Part shown: positions 36,691 through 51,600 of the stretch, in pieces | How the letters are laid out: every line of letters starts with the position of its first letter | Position numbering within the stretch: the stretch's first letter is position 1 | Source of the DNA: Ascidiella aspersa | Lineage: Eukaryota | Length of the DNA: 64,000 bases | NCBI GenBank assembly: GCA_963924565.1 | Contig: OZ004607.1 | Span: 16,244,001-16,308,000 of the forward strand | Direction: 5' to 3' | Position numbers and translations under genes: made by a program | The notes under the pieces: generated by a model | The model's input: only the letters and a program-made list of their open reading frames with translations | The model's database searches: none | Told to the model about the DNA's origin: nothing

Positions 36691-39600
36691 ATGGATGAGA
36701 CAGCAGACGACCAGACAAGCAATTCTTCAAACGATGCTATAGTAAGCCGAAACTGAGATAGGATAGGTTTAAAGTAAAAGCGATAACTAGTTTAGAAAAA
36801 CTGTTTAGCCCATTTTTTTTATACGGGCTTATTTCAAGTCACAAATTGTTTATAAAATACACGAAAAACTGTTCACAAAATTAGCAAACACTGTGGTGAG
36901 CGTTTTGAAATTGTCTTTCAGTTTAATATTTTATCAAATTTTGGTTTGCATTTTTTGTGGTGATTTGCAATTATCCTATTTCCTATTTGGATAAAATGGT
37001 ATGACAAGGAATAGGTCATTGTTAACTTTTGCCATTCTTTTTAACTTGAATTTCAAACAAACTGTTTGCTCAACATTTTTCCAAAACAACTCCAAACACC
37101 AATGCACATGATTTAAAAAAGTCCCATTGTTGTGCGTTCAAAAATATTCGCCCTTATCACGCTTGTGAGCTCAAACACACATATAAAAGCACACGCAACT
37201 TACGCTGGATAGATTTTACAATGTGCTTTTAATAAAATTGTATTTTTGCATCCCAGAAAGAAAATTTATTTCGCGATGGTATTCGACCGATTGACTTTGT
37301 CCTTCTTCACAATACAAGCGATAAGGAGTATAATGAATGGAGGAAAACATTTGAGGAACATTTACGATTAGAAGGAATAGAAATTGAATATGAGAAGTTG
37401 GAGAACAAGGAAACAAAAAAAAGAAAGAAGAAATCCTCAATATTTTCCAAATGTCGAAAAAACAAAAAAGTTAATATTAAGTTTTACGTTCTAATCTTGT
37501 TTTATGAATATCTTGGAGTTATATGGTTAAAAATAATCCACTTTAGTAAAAAATGTGTTTAAACGAGTCCTAATACATTTGATCGTTGAAATATACTGTA
37601 TTAATACGTCAAACGTAACGTATTGTGTAATATTAAAGAAATCTATCGAGGAGAACAATGCTGAATCAGAAGATGAAAACAATGGAATTATGTTTGTGAA
37701 GCTTCACGCTCCGTGGAAAACGCTATGCAAGTGGGCCGAGCTAACACGTATGCACAAACCAATAGCAGAAAACGACGTTATACAAGCAGATAATGCCAAG
37801 TCATCTAAATGGGGTAGAAAGGTATGTGTGATATATAATCTAAACGTCAAATATATCTTTTAATCAGTATTCCACCTCGATTTTACCGGGATAAACCAAT
37901 ATATAACATATAGATACATTTTTTATCCAACCGTTTACTAAAATTTCATATTTGCGGCGTTTCTTGGAAAACGGAGAAAAACGTAAGATTATTGCTTTTG
38001 GGTACAGCGGTGGATGAAACGATTTATGCTCGACTCTGAACATTTGACAGAACAAGGGTATGGGTTCGACACACAGCAAAATAAAAAGTCGTATTTTACT
38101 TCGCCGTTTGATCGAGAAAGGGAGGCAAGGTAAGAATAATAAATATAGCGTGCATTTATTGTTGTATGAGTGTGCTTTATGCAGCAGTGTTTTAATGAAG
38201 TAGTTCAAGGACTTGACTTGACTGCACTTAAGTCACTGACTTTGAACAAGTCTGTAGTATTTTAGGCATGTGACGAGACTTGTTTCAAGTTTTTCAGCCA
38301 AAGAATCTGAGTTGGACTTTGTTCATATTATTGACTTAACTTATATTTAAGAGATTTTTTTTAAACTTTTGGAAAATATTTTGTCATTTAGCATCTAAAA
38401 TTTATTAAAAACTTAGACTTACAAAATAAAAACTCTTGTTTCAGATTCATGATAGATGATAAAAAAACGTTCTTCACGAATACAGAGCGAATTCGTTTGG
38501 TACGTAAGAAACCTATAAATTACAAAATAGGTATAATGCAAAGGTAAAAGTAGAATATTTTCATTTTAGGACGCCACAAATTTACGTAATAAAGGGATGT
38601 TTAAAACAAGTAACCCTTTTACAACCTGAGGTTATAATTGATGTAGGGCAAACGTGCCACCGCAGTCTTAGTTTAAATACATTTAATGAGATGACATGTA
38701 CTACAAATATAATCTAGAAATCCAACAAGCTTTTACCGTTAAAACCATTGTTATTAGCGTGACAAATTTATTATCTAACTACTTTTACCAAAAACAATTC
38801 AGGTTGATTCAATCCTCAAAACGACGAAATATAGTGAAACAGGCGTGGGCATGCATCGACTACTCAGCGTAGGAGCATATTTGGATGCTTACCCACTTCA
38901 TCTGGGAAAGTGGAAACTCCCAGAGACAAACAGCAAAAGCAAAAGTGATGAGGAACAACCAAGTAAAATTATAGTTGAGGGGTAACAAGTTGTCAAACGT
39001 GACAGGCTTGACCGTACCAAATTACGACATAAAACGATCCCCATTGTGTTTAGTTTTTGATTTACATGGAAACGCGCTGTTCGAAACTCTACTACACAGA
39101 TGTGTCAGAAAATAATATACATTTATATGCCGAAATTCTAGTAAGGCATTTTTATACTAATTACTAGCTTTTTATCATAATCACTAACCTAAGTATGACC
39201 CTGAGAATGATTAAACCATGAAACCGAGGCCCTATGACCATACTAAAAAGTTATGTATAATCACAATAATTGCATATATTTACTGCTTTAATTGGCAAAA
39301 TTATCTGTTTGGGGAAGTCCTGTGTCGCGTTTTTGACAAAATACACGTTTTTTACAAAATATTTGAGCAAATACATGCTAAAATAAGACATTTATTTTGC
39401 GTCATAGATGTTGATCATGTAGGCTATAAACTGCACCAAGTATAGTCGGCAATCTTTTTTTAACGCAGCCCAAATATAGGCCCATTACGTGAAAACACTA
39501 CAACAACAGGGGCGGATTAAGGTTTTTGCTTGGGCTAGACATGTTTTAGAATGACGGACTCGTCGTAACGGGACGTCATAAAACAGTTAACCTTAACACC

Positions 39601-42600
39601 TGATGTTCTCGAGTGAACTCGTGGGCAAATATGCAGCTCTATTTAGTCTAATCGCGCGAAAAATATGCCTTTTCCTGTTTTAATTGGAAAAACTTTATTT
39701 AAAACGCTACATGACGCATAAGGCACATAGAAGAGATTTGTATTTTACTCGGAATAACGGCATTTCTAGTTTAAATAAACAGAAATTGCTCTTTGAGTTA
39801 GATAGCATAACATGCCATAGTATGCAAGGCTTTTGTAGTTTTTGTAGTTTGGAGGCAGGGTAGGCTTGCCATACGTCCTGACGCAGTTTGGCGCCGGTAT
39901 TATTTGCTTGAATATTACTCATGTCTAAACAATTGCTGTTACAACTTAAAGTTTAACGTTTGTTAATAATTCTGGACCGATAAATGTCGCGGGTTTTCAG
40001 CATTAAAAATCAAATTTAAGTCATAACATACTGATTGCCTTGCAAATAAGTTGTAATGTTTCCAACTTGAGACTTAAACTTCTTGATGTCTGTTACAGCG
40101 CAAAATCTAGGTAGAGTTCGCAAAATTTCGCATTTAATGCGGCGGTTTTAATCGTAACCAATCTTTAGTTTCAAACGAGATTTTACTTTCGTTGGACGCA
40201 GCATAGTACCAGGATTACGTATTTGCTGAATTTCACGCAATGCGAACAATGGCTGCTAAACAAGCTTAGGTTTTACGTTAGTGAGTGGTTTCCTATCGAT
40301 ATATGTCACTGGTTTTCGTTACGTAAAAGATGTTTGACGTGCTTAGTCGTTGGGTATTTAGTCGTTTTATTTCAAATAAGTACACATTACACTGGGGAAC
40401 AATTTGGCAAAAAAAAATTGTTGACTTTGATTTTGCACTTGATTTAGGCTAATTCCGGTGTGCTCATTTCAAAAATGCCACTAGTTTTCCTCTATCACGT
40501 CAAGTTTTTGCTCTACAGCATACATCCAAAATAAGCTACTTTTCACCAATTTAGCCGTATTGCTTTTGCATACGTAATAGGAATGCACAAGCTAATAATA
40601 TAGTAAGTCATATACAAAAAGGGTCAACTGATTTATAAAATAAAAAAGGCACAGACATTGATTTAGGTCGATACACGTTTAAAAAGCTTGACTCAAAATA
40701 CGTGTTGCTTCGCTGTAGTTTCATAGAAGCTTGGAATGTAGTTACTTGATTTAAGAAATATGTCAATATGGAATCGAGAACAAAAAGCAGAAGTAAATAA
40801 AAACAATAAAATCGAAGCTAATGAGTAGGGCCATTTTTATTTTAACCTAAAAAAAAATTTTTTAACTTTATTTTTATCAAATTTTAACTTTATTTTAACC
40901 TAACGAAACTGCTTGTTTGTAGAGGCCACAGTTCTTCCTTGAATAGATGCCAGTTACCCAAACATAATATTTTTATTGATTTCAGACCCAAACATAATAT
41001 TTTTTATGGATTATAAAAAGTACATCGGGTTTTTGGATAAATTTAGCTTGCTTAGGCCTTTTTGTAATATAGAATGTCAGTAGGCTATTTCTAAAAACCA
41101 AATTGTTGATATTCGAAAAGTGCACGTTTATGAAGATAAAGTGTTTTATAAGAATTATTTAAATACGTAACAATAAATAAAAAAATGGACAATTTGCGAT
41201 AAAAGTTATCGCTAATCCAAGTGGGCATTGTGACATATTTCTTGCTTTTATGGGTTAATATGGTTTAATTGTGTCGCAGTTCCTGATTTACAATGCTTTC
41301 ATGACGATTTTTACAAAAATTACTCTCAAGAAACACAAAACTTTGTAAAAAGCCATAATTTGACAAATTTTGACTTTATTGTAAATTTTAACTTTATTTT
41401 AACCTATAAACTTTTTAGAAACAGTCCCCTAGGTGCTGAAAACCACTTTATTCTTTGATTCGTGGACTGACGAGGTCCTTAAAAAATTTTAACTTTATTG
41501 ACTTTTGCTTTAAATTGCCCATTCAGTTAGTCTACCTAAAGGATACGGAAACATAAAAAGAGTCCTTGAATTGTTAAATTAAATTGCCCATTCAGTTAGT
41601 CTACCTAAAGGATACGGAAACATAAAAAGAGTCCTTGAATTGTTACAATATCACAAGCACAATTAGACCTTATGTGTTGACGTTAAAATGGTATGTTTTC
41701 TTCTTGGTCAGCAACATGGATACATAAGTACCCCTGCTATTTGTGTATGTGGGAGAGCAGTGTTTGAGATCAGCACTGTGTGGAGAAGAACTGGCCTCAC
41801 AGATCTGACCTTAACCTGGCCATCCCATCATTCTACATGAGCCACTTGTTAACAGAGATGCACATGAAGCTCGGACCAATGAAGCAATTCGGTAAAGAAT
41901 TGTCAACTGAGAAAGCAACTGTTTTAATTCCCTCGTTTTGGCTTTTCCTGGTCTGGCAACACAAACAAATAAAAGGCTGGTGTATTTGATGGTCCACCAT
42001 TTCGGTAACTCATCAAAGATAAACGTTTCAGTGGTTTAATGTCCAAAAAGAAAATGCGCGGTTGACATTTAAAATCATTATCAAGGGATTTCTTGGGAAT
42101 ACACTGGCAGAGATTATATCAAAATTGTTCGGAAGCTACTGTAAAGGTACAAAGAACTCGGCTGCAACGGAAGCATCAAGATGCATTTTGTTGCATACCC
42201 ATCTTGCTTTCCCGAAACCTTGGTGCAGTCAGCGATGAGCAAGGAGAAAGATTCCACCAAGATCTGAAGGTGATGGAGGAAACATATCAGGGAAGATTGG
42301 ACTTGCATATGCTGGCTGACTATTGCTGGAGTATAAGGCGAGACTGTCCACAGCTCAAACATGCCAGAAAAAGCTACCCCTACAAGCGTAATTTGTTGCC
42401 CTAAAACTCGCACTTTATTTGTCCTGCAGAAGCAATATTCGTTTAAGGAACGGAATAAAGTTGTACAAATGTTTATTTGAAAACCATTGAGTTACTTTCG
42501 GTTGCATGTAGTTCTTACAGCATTTTATACAATGAACGCAGATGTCTTAAACGTTGTATTTTTCCAAAAAAAGTGGTGGGTACCTAGCTCAAAAACTTGA

Positions 42601-45600
42601 CGTGATAGAGAAAAACTGATGTCATTTTTAGATTCAGCGCCCAAAAGTTAGTCAAAAGCGATTGTTAGATCAAAGTCAACAAAAATTGTGTTCCCCAGTG
42701 TTGCAATTTTGTTTCAACAAAATGTAAGATGTTAGTTTGCGAAAATGAACAACTAGATGTTTCACATATATATTTTATGAGTTTAATTGTTTTTTTTTAA
42801 AAAAAGCAATTACAATTTCGATATTGCAAATCTTTATTTTTATGTAATAAGAAGTGCGATTAAATGCAAGGCAGACGTTGTACTGGTTGTGGAGCCGTCC
42901 AGGTGCTTGGATATATCATCAGCCCTTGGAACTTATCAGGCAAGCTTATACCGTACAACGTTAATCAATATACCGTACAACGTTAATTAATCAATGTAAA
43001 CAGTTAAGTTTTCCGCAGGCAGTACTTCGGCGAAAAAATCGGTGTTTATTTTGCTTGGCTTGGATTTTACACGGAGGCGCTGATACCAGTTGCAATTTTC
43101 GGCCTATTAACTTTTATTTATGGTTTAGCCACCGTGGAAGCCGACGATATACAGTAGGTGAAAATCGAAGTAACATAGAAAAAACGTAATGTGATTGGAT
43201 GGTTTTGTCAAACTGCGCAAACCGACATACTGTACGTAATAAATTATATTTTTCTAGAAAACAAATCTGCAACTCGGATTTGCTAATGTGCCCTCTGTGC
43301 GACACTTGCAAGTTTAATCCACTCAACCATTCTTGTTCCTATAGCAAGATAACTTATGTGTTTGACAATACAATGACTGTCGCATTTGCTTTTATAATGT
43401 GTCTTTGGGGTAAGAAAAATGTTTTCTGCCACCAGCATTAACTTGGATAGCGGTATTCGTATCCCAACCAATATCGCCAAGGAAGATAATATTAGCTAAA
43501 AGTGTAAAACTTTCAGGTCAGTTCTTTCTTGAATTTTGGAAGCGAAAGCGATCAGAATTGGGGTATCTATGGGACACTAATTCTATTCGTCACGAGGAGG
43601 TAAGTTTATTAACAATTTTTGTAAACTCTTCATTGTTTTATCTACAAAAATGTATTTTGTCACTAAAAGCACAACGTTTTAAATTATTATAATATTGCCT
43701 CACTAATTTATTTTCGAATTCCGGCCTTACTTTTAAAAACTATTTATTTCAAGCTTCACAGTAATCGACGAACAGTAAACTATAGCAGTTCAAATGAAAA
43801 AAAATTATAGGTTCGAGGTTGTTTTAGCTCTGATTTAAATTTAAATTGCTTGGGTAAAACCGAAACGTGAGTAACTTACTTGGAAGCGTTTGATAGTCCA
43901 CCGGCTGAGAAGCGCTTGATCAGAACATTTTTGCATTATAAGGGTTTAGTTAGGCCTGAGTATGAAACAATTGCAAACAAGAAGAAACTGAATCCAGTAA
44001 CTGGGAAGGAAGAGTTTTATCTATCATCTGCATCGAAGTATAAAAGGATCAGTGCTTCGTTTGTCACCTTCTTGTTTATGGTGAGTTTATCCATGAATAA
44101 TTTTAAGGCAATCTTTAAAAAAAATGTTTTTAATTAATTATGATATAAAGCTCAGTTTGGGGACGCCATGTCTAAATCATTTTCACATAAAAATGATCTA
44201 GAGCGAAAGATTCTCAAGTAGATGGGAACTTGAAACTTTTAATGGGGATAATTTGCAAAAGTCATTTGTTTATTCTGTTAAACATTTTATTAACCTATCA
44301 TATAGGCACCATTCTTCATGTTTTACGGGTCGTGTCACTGGATCAAACCATGGGTGGAAAAGGGCACATATGGTGGTCCAAACGGTTCTCCTTGTTTACA
44401 AATGCACCCTTTTTATGTTTCATCCAAATTCATCCATCTAAGTGGTAATCTTCTTGGGGACCAAAGTCTCGAAAAAAACGAGTTTCTATATGTTTGGTTG
44501 TATCGTAAACACTTTTTCCAGGGACGGATCTAGTCATGACTCCGTCAAACTCTATTTTTAGACTGTTTTAAATGCTAAAACAGAAATTGTTTTCGCGCTT
44601 CGCGTGAATCTCTTATGTCTTTCTCGTATTTTTCACGCGATTTTTTTTGCATCTTTACAAACAAATGGCGTCCTATGCACTCTGGCACTCTTTCCAACGA
44701 AATTTTAACGAGCTTAGTCTATTTTTTTGCGCTTCGGTCGAAAGTATTCCGTCTTTAAAATAAGAACGAAATACCACATTTTACACACATTTGATAACAC
44801 ATTTCATAAAAGACATTTGTTAGATTTATAAGATATTGTTGTTTAGATAAAGTTATTGCAAAAAAGATAGAAACAATAAGTTGATTGTTTAGATTCTTTT
44901 GGTCCTGGCGGCATTGTTTGGAATAATCGTCTATCGCACCATCCTCGCTGAAGTGGCATTTTACTCTACGAGTGGTTTTATTCACAAAAACGCAAGACTA
45001 ATTATTTCGGTCACAGCATCACTCTTAAATTTTATCATTATTACCATCATGGACGTGGTAAGTTACATTGTACAAATAAAAAAGCGTAAGATAAATACAT
45101 TTTTTTTTGTAAATAAAACTAAAGTTTAGCCAAAGGCGTGGTAAGGTCAACGGTACTTTATAAAACGAGTGCTACGATTCCCAAAATAAAAGTTTTGCCA
45201 ATTTTTACGCAACCTCACATACGCAAATATTTTTGCGCTTCTTTTCTCGCCGTCTACTTAAATATATTTTTAAGAATCGATTTCAGTTGCGCATTTCAGA
45301 TCAAGTTCGACAAGGAGCAGTCAGTTTTAAATGTTATTTGTATTATGAAGCCACGTTTTGACGTATAAATTTGGGGGTGAATATAACCTTTCAGATTTTT
45401 TGTCCTTTTACTTTTTGTCATTCAATTTTAGGAAAATTGCTTTTGTTTTTTTGCGTAATACCGGTAATTGCGATATCTTAATTAAGTTTTAGGGACCTAA
45501 ACGTTTTGTGCTGTAGATAGCCTACAATAAGGTTTTTCCAATATAGTTAAATAAATTATATCCAGCAATTAAAACTTTCTTTAATGACATGAAATTTCTG

Positions 45601-48600
45601 ATAAAAATTATTTATCGATAGTCAAAACCATTATAACATGCTAAACTTTTGTTACGTTTCATTAACTTAAATTATTTTTGTGATTAGATTTATCAAAAAA
45701 TTGCAGTGGGATTGACAGATATGGGTAAGTATATGTAATATTTAAATAAATAAGTTTATGAATAATATCTAACAAAATTAAAGAGTAATTTTCCAATTTT
45801 TTAAAGTGATCAGTTTAACTGTTTTCGCTTTGCTTTTTATAACTAACATCAAACAAGTTTCCTTAATTTTAAAGAGGCACCCCGGACTCAACAAGAGTTT
45901 GAAGATTCCTACACGTTGAAGATGTTTCTCTTCCAAGCGGTCAATTATTATTCATCAACATTTTATGCAGCTTTCTTTCGTGGAAGATTTGCAGGAACAC
46001 CAAAGAAATACCATCGACTTTTCGGTTTCAGACTTGACATGGTACTTTTAAAGCGATGCATCAGCATTTCTAATGCGCTGAAATGTGGCCTACAGATAAA
46101 AAACAACCTTCATAACAGTGGTTTTATTATTGGTTGTTCGGATTGATTCATAACATAGAAATTAACGAGTTTAACATATGAATTTGGAAAACCTTGCGCT
46201 TTAAAAATGTATTAATTTTTTTTTTACATTTTAGTGCGACCCAGCAGGATGTCTTGTTGAGGTTTTCATCAATTTGGCAGTGGTTATGGTTTTGAAGCAA
46301 GCCTTGAACAACACTAAGGAGATTCTAATTCCGTAAGCCACTATAACAAAATAATTGTTAAGAAAATAGTATATGAGGGTTTGATGGTCTCTTTTGCTGA
46401 ACATCACCTTAGATTGAAATACATGAAAAATGCAATTTTCTAGTGCAGTGGTTCCCACGCCGTGGACCATGGCTATAGTGATCCATGAGACTACGTAGTT
46501 AGCTCTGTAAAGCTGAGGGTAGACTGTGCGGCAGTGCTTCGATCTAAAAGTACATTTCGGACAAATGTGCGCCTAACGTTATATAGGCCTATACAGGACC
46601 CTCATTGCTGGAATCATAAGCTTTAGCTTCCTAAACGTGGTCTTCAAGATGTGCTTCACACATTACTATGAAAATACTAAAATTTGTGAAAATTAGCACC
46701 TTACATACTCATTTGTTCAGAAACTTTGCTAAGACGCGTAATCGAAACATAAAAATCTTCTGTATTACACAAAGGTTCGGTAAATTTCTAAAGAGGATGT
46801 CGTGCCCAGGTATTTGCTATATGTATATCTGTCAGGCCGATATAACTGAGTTATTAGACGAACGCCGTACACAAATATTTTACGAAATACACAAACAGTT
46901 TTGTAAAAAATCTTGGACCATATATTAAAATGTTTGGGAACCACGTTAATCTAGTATATAGATAGGCCTACAACAACTATATTGCCTATAAGATGTCACC
47001 ATTGACTATTTGTTTTAAAACATTTAGATCCGTTTAGTTTCGAGCCAGCAATAAACCTGGGAGCTAGGGCTTTACCACGGAAAAGCGTATGTAACTCAAC
47101 AGAAAAATTGGTTACAATATGTGCTAACCCAGTTACCTAATGAATTAACACCACAATGGCAAAGAAAATTAACAGTTTTTTTTTTATGAAACGACTTTCA
47201 ACGGAGTTTCGCACCAATGTACCGCCTTCACGTAATGCGTCAAAAATCGATTGTTTTTCAGAATTATATCAAATTGGATGAAAAGTCGACAGAGTAAAAA
47301 ACTGAAAGAAGAACACCTGGGGGACACTAAGGGTATACCATACCGCAATTAAGCAAATATTGTTATATTTGTCGCTTTTTGAATACCATCTCGAATATTT
47401 ATAGCCTAGATTAGTATATCATGGTAAGTCTGGAATAGACATCTATAAATTGATTACTTCAAATTATATTTCGCCTATAATTCTTAAATTTTTTTTGGAT
47501 TCGAGTGTTGACTCCTATTGATGATTTTATCTTTTATATTAGCATCAGTAGCGTATCTTATAATTGTTATCATCATATAATTAAACAGTAATTACTTGGG
47601 AATTATTCTAGGAAATTATAAGAACTTAAATATAAGTTTCTTCATGAAAATACTCACGAATATACCAACGAGCAATGTCAAATAAAACATATAAAAACAG
47701 AAAATCTTGCAGACTCAGGTGACAACATAGATAACGAGGCGGAAAATAACATGACGAAAGAGCCGGCGTTTCGAGATTTCACTCTCGAGCCATTCGGAGA
47801 ACTTGGTCTTTTTTCGGAATACTTGGAAATGGGTAAGTGTTTTAAAAAATGTAAAAGGTTTATAATGATTTAAAGGCGCTAGTGTTGAACTACGTATTCA
47901 CCATTTTGTTGTGATTTTCAGTAATTCAGTATGGTTTTGTGACATTGTTCGTCACGGCGTTTCCTCTTGGACCGGTATTTGCTCTGATAAACAACGTGAT
48001 CGAGATACGGTTAGATGCGTACAAGTTTGTGACGCAATACAGGAGAATTGTGCCCAATCGTAGCAGAGACATTGGTAAATTGTAACACGTTTTCCACTAA
48101 CAATCAAAATAAACAAAAATTACGTTTTAGGGATGTGGTTTTCGATATTGCAAGGAATCAGTACAGCCGCGGTTATTACCAACGCTGTGCTCATTGGTAT
48201 CACCAGCAATTTTATACAGAAGACCGTCTACGTGTTTCTCTACAGTCCTTGTGTCAAAACACGAGATACCATACACAAGTTAGTATAGCGGTGTGAGAGC
48301 CGAAATTACTCTTTGAACAGAAGTCTACGCATTTGACGATTTTTAGTTTTTCTCAGCAAATTTAATTTTTTACTGAGTAAATTACCATACAAATGTAAAG
48401 TTGCACCCCGGCACCAAAGCAATATGCAACCCTGCTTGTACGACGATGAGTATTTGTTTAAAGAAAAGAACGTTTCTGAATATTATCGCCTAAACGCTAA
48501 CCCTAAATTATTTTGGTGTAAAATGTTGAAAATGAAATATTGTTTTTTGTTTCAAGTTGCCTTGATGGTTTTGTGATGAGCACGTTGAACAACATATCGG

Positions 48601-51600
48601 TTACAGAAATTGATACTGTAAGCCACCAGTACAATGTTTCACTGCCTGACGTTCCTCAATATTGTTGGTAAACAGCAGGATTGTTTCTTTTCTGAATATA
48701 TACAGTACTGTAGCACTATAGTTGGCAATGAGGTTTATATTGATGCAGCTTTTGTGCGTTAAAACACTCGTTTACGCTTTCGATGGAAGCACAAAAAATA
48801 AACAAAAAATACAGTATAATGAAAAAAATAAAGTACACATAAATTTCATGTTTGACGACCATGAACATCGGCTAAAGACAAATTTTGTAATAAAAAGTAT
48901 AATAAAGTAAGACATGTAGATCATAAATTCACAACCCAATTATGCCAATCAGGAGAAAATTACTGTCCAATTTTTGATATATAGCTAATTAGTTATTTAC
49001 CTGCAAATACATTTAGTTTAATGTTTGAAAACAGACGGACTTTTTCCTTCCCTTTTCGTTACAACTGCAATTTTAGTTCAAACAACAAACATTCATTCGA
49101 AAGCTATGCGACAAACAAATTGTTTTTATTCACATTATTTGACAAAAATCCTAGTCAGGATAATAGGCCAAATTAAGTCAAGTCAGCCACGAGGCCAAGG
49201 TACCCCCCAAATTATTTAATGTTTTCCCACATTAACTGTCTTTAATGCAATTTTTTTAATATTTAAATTTTATGATATATTTTGTTTCTAAATTTAAATT
49301 CTAGGAATGGTTTCAGCCATGTAATGTTTTTGTATATGTTCACAACCCTCGGATGTTAAGACTTGCGACTTTTTGTCAAATTGTCTAAAGTTCATATATT
49401 TTTGGAGGCAAATCTATACCATTTTTGTAGTGGCCTTTGTATCGTGAGCAGGGCGGTCTAGGTAAATTCAAAATTCACACGAAGACCAAAACATTTTGGC
49501 ATTTATGTAGGGAAAATAGGCAATAATATAATTTAGAGCATAGCCCCGTGGCTCCACCTAGATTCACCCCTGATCGTGAGTAACACCTATCCATCTCTTT
49601 TAAATATATATTTTTTGCGCTTCGTGCGAGGGTGATTTAGGTGCAGCCAATCTCAGCTGGAGTAAAATGGGCGCCCCTGATTATAATACTTTGTTAAAAT
49701 GGCATATGGATTACTTATTTTACATTTTATGTCTGTTTCATAATGCAGATATTCGGAAAAAGCCTTATACTGATGTACGCAATTGGACATAGGATAAGCC
49801 TAAAATATAAATTTTCCCCAGGTTCGAAACTTCTGATCCAAATGAGCATTATACAGGCGTCGTCAATCATTGGCATGTTTACGCTGCAACATTCATTTTC
49901 ATCTTCATTTTCGAGGTGCGAAATATCCTAGCTGACAGCACAAATCAAAATATGTGTTGTTTAAAAATTTAAGTTACAAAATAACGTAGAAATGTAATAT
50001 GTTTAAATTGCCGGTGTGCTATAATGCAGTCCCATCGAACTCATAATAATTAGATATCTTACTTTTTACTTATTGACGATTTCACTTATTAACTGCTATT
50101 CTCACCAAACTCCCCCTACAGAAACTTGTTTTTTTAAGAAGCGAATTAACATCTGTACTCCACAAGATAACATATCTTCTTCAGAATAGAAAAGCGTTTC
50201 AGCTCCTACATTAGCACCTAATATAGGGATATCTGATAATATCGGATCGCACCGATACCCGATGCCAAGTGTATTACTCGTCCGATTCTCGTGCCGATCC
50301 GATACCAAATTAATTTAGGTAATTTCTTCCATTATCACTGTAGCTATTCTACCTTGAAAGATGAATTTATCAAAAAATAGTAGGTTAGCAATACGAGGTA
50401 ACTAGACTTTTCAACGCTATAGCAAATTTAAGCCTAATAACCTGAAAAAATACCCTTTTACGTTTCTATTTCATGTATTTTGCTTGTTTAGTCATAGTAA
50501 TGACGTCATAGGTATCGGATCGCGATACTTTTTACCCAAAATATTAACAGGGGACCTGGCGGTATTTTGCAGAATGTGCGCAAAAATGTGCACGCCAAAA
50601 TGTGCAAAAAATGTGCGCACATTTTAAACTGCCTTCAAAAATGTGCGCACTTTTTTTTAACAATGTGCGCACATTTTGAACTGCCTTCAAAAATGTGCGC
50701 ACTTTTTTTTTAACAATGTGCGCACATTTTGAATTTAGAGTTTTNNNNNNNNNNNNNNNNNNNNNNNNNNNNNNNNNNNNNNNNNNNNNNNNNNNNNNNN
50801 NNNNNNNNNNNNNNNNNNNNNNNNNNNNNNNNNNNNNNNNNNNNNNNNNNNNNNNNNNNNNNNNNNNNNNNNNNNNNNNNNNNNNNNNNNNNNNNNNNNN
50901 NNNNNNNNNNNNNNNNNNNNNNNNNNNNNNNNNNNNNNNNNNNNNNNNNNNNNNNNNNNNNNNNNNNNNNNNNNNNNNNNNNNNNNNNNNNNNNNNNNNN
51001 NNNNNNNNNNNNNNNNNNNNNNNNNNNNNNNNNNNNNNNNNNNNNNNNNNNNNNNNNNNNNNNNNNNNNNNNNNNNNNNNNNNNNNNNNNNNNNNNNNNN
51101 NNNNNNNNNNNNNNNNNNNNNNNNNNNNNNNNNNNNNNNNNNNNNNNNNNNNNNNNNNNNNNNNNNNNNNNNNNNNNNNNNNNNNNNNNNNNNNNNNNNN
51201 NNNNNNNNNNNNNNNNNNNNNNNNNNNNNNNNNNNNNNNNNNNNNNNNNNNNNNNNNNNNNNNNNNNNNNNNNNNNNNNNNNNNNNNNNNNNNNNNNNNN
51301 NNNNNNNNNNNNNNNNNNNNNNNNNNNNNNNNNNNNNNNNNNNNNNNNNNNNNNNNNNNNNNNNNNNNNNNNNNNNNNNNNNNNNNNNNNNNNNNNNNNN
51401 NNNNNNNNNNNNNNNNNNNNNNNNNNNNNNNNNNNNNNNNNNNNNNNNNNNNNNNNNNNNNNNNNNNNNNNNNNNNNNNNNNNNNNNNNNNNNNNNNNNN
51501 NNNNNNNNNNNNNNNNNNNNNNNNNNTTACAGTTAGCTAAACACTGTACTTTAAGTCTAACCCTAACTAACTCTAACTTAAAAATGTGCGCACATTTTGA

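Noticed and set aside
49749-49773. Apparent micro-exon (YSEKPYTD) before anoctamin exon 22
   Set aside because: Joining it to the preceding phase-2 TG creates a TGA stop; direct splicing from 48667 to 49822 gives an intact frame.
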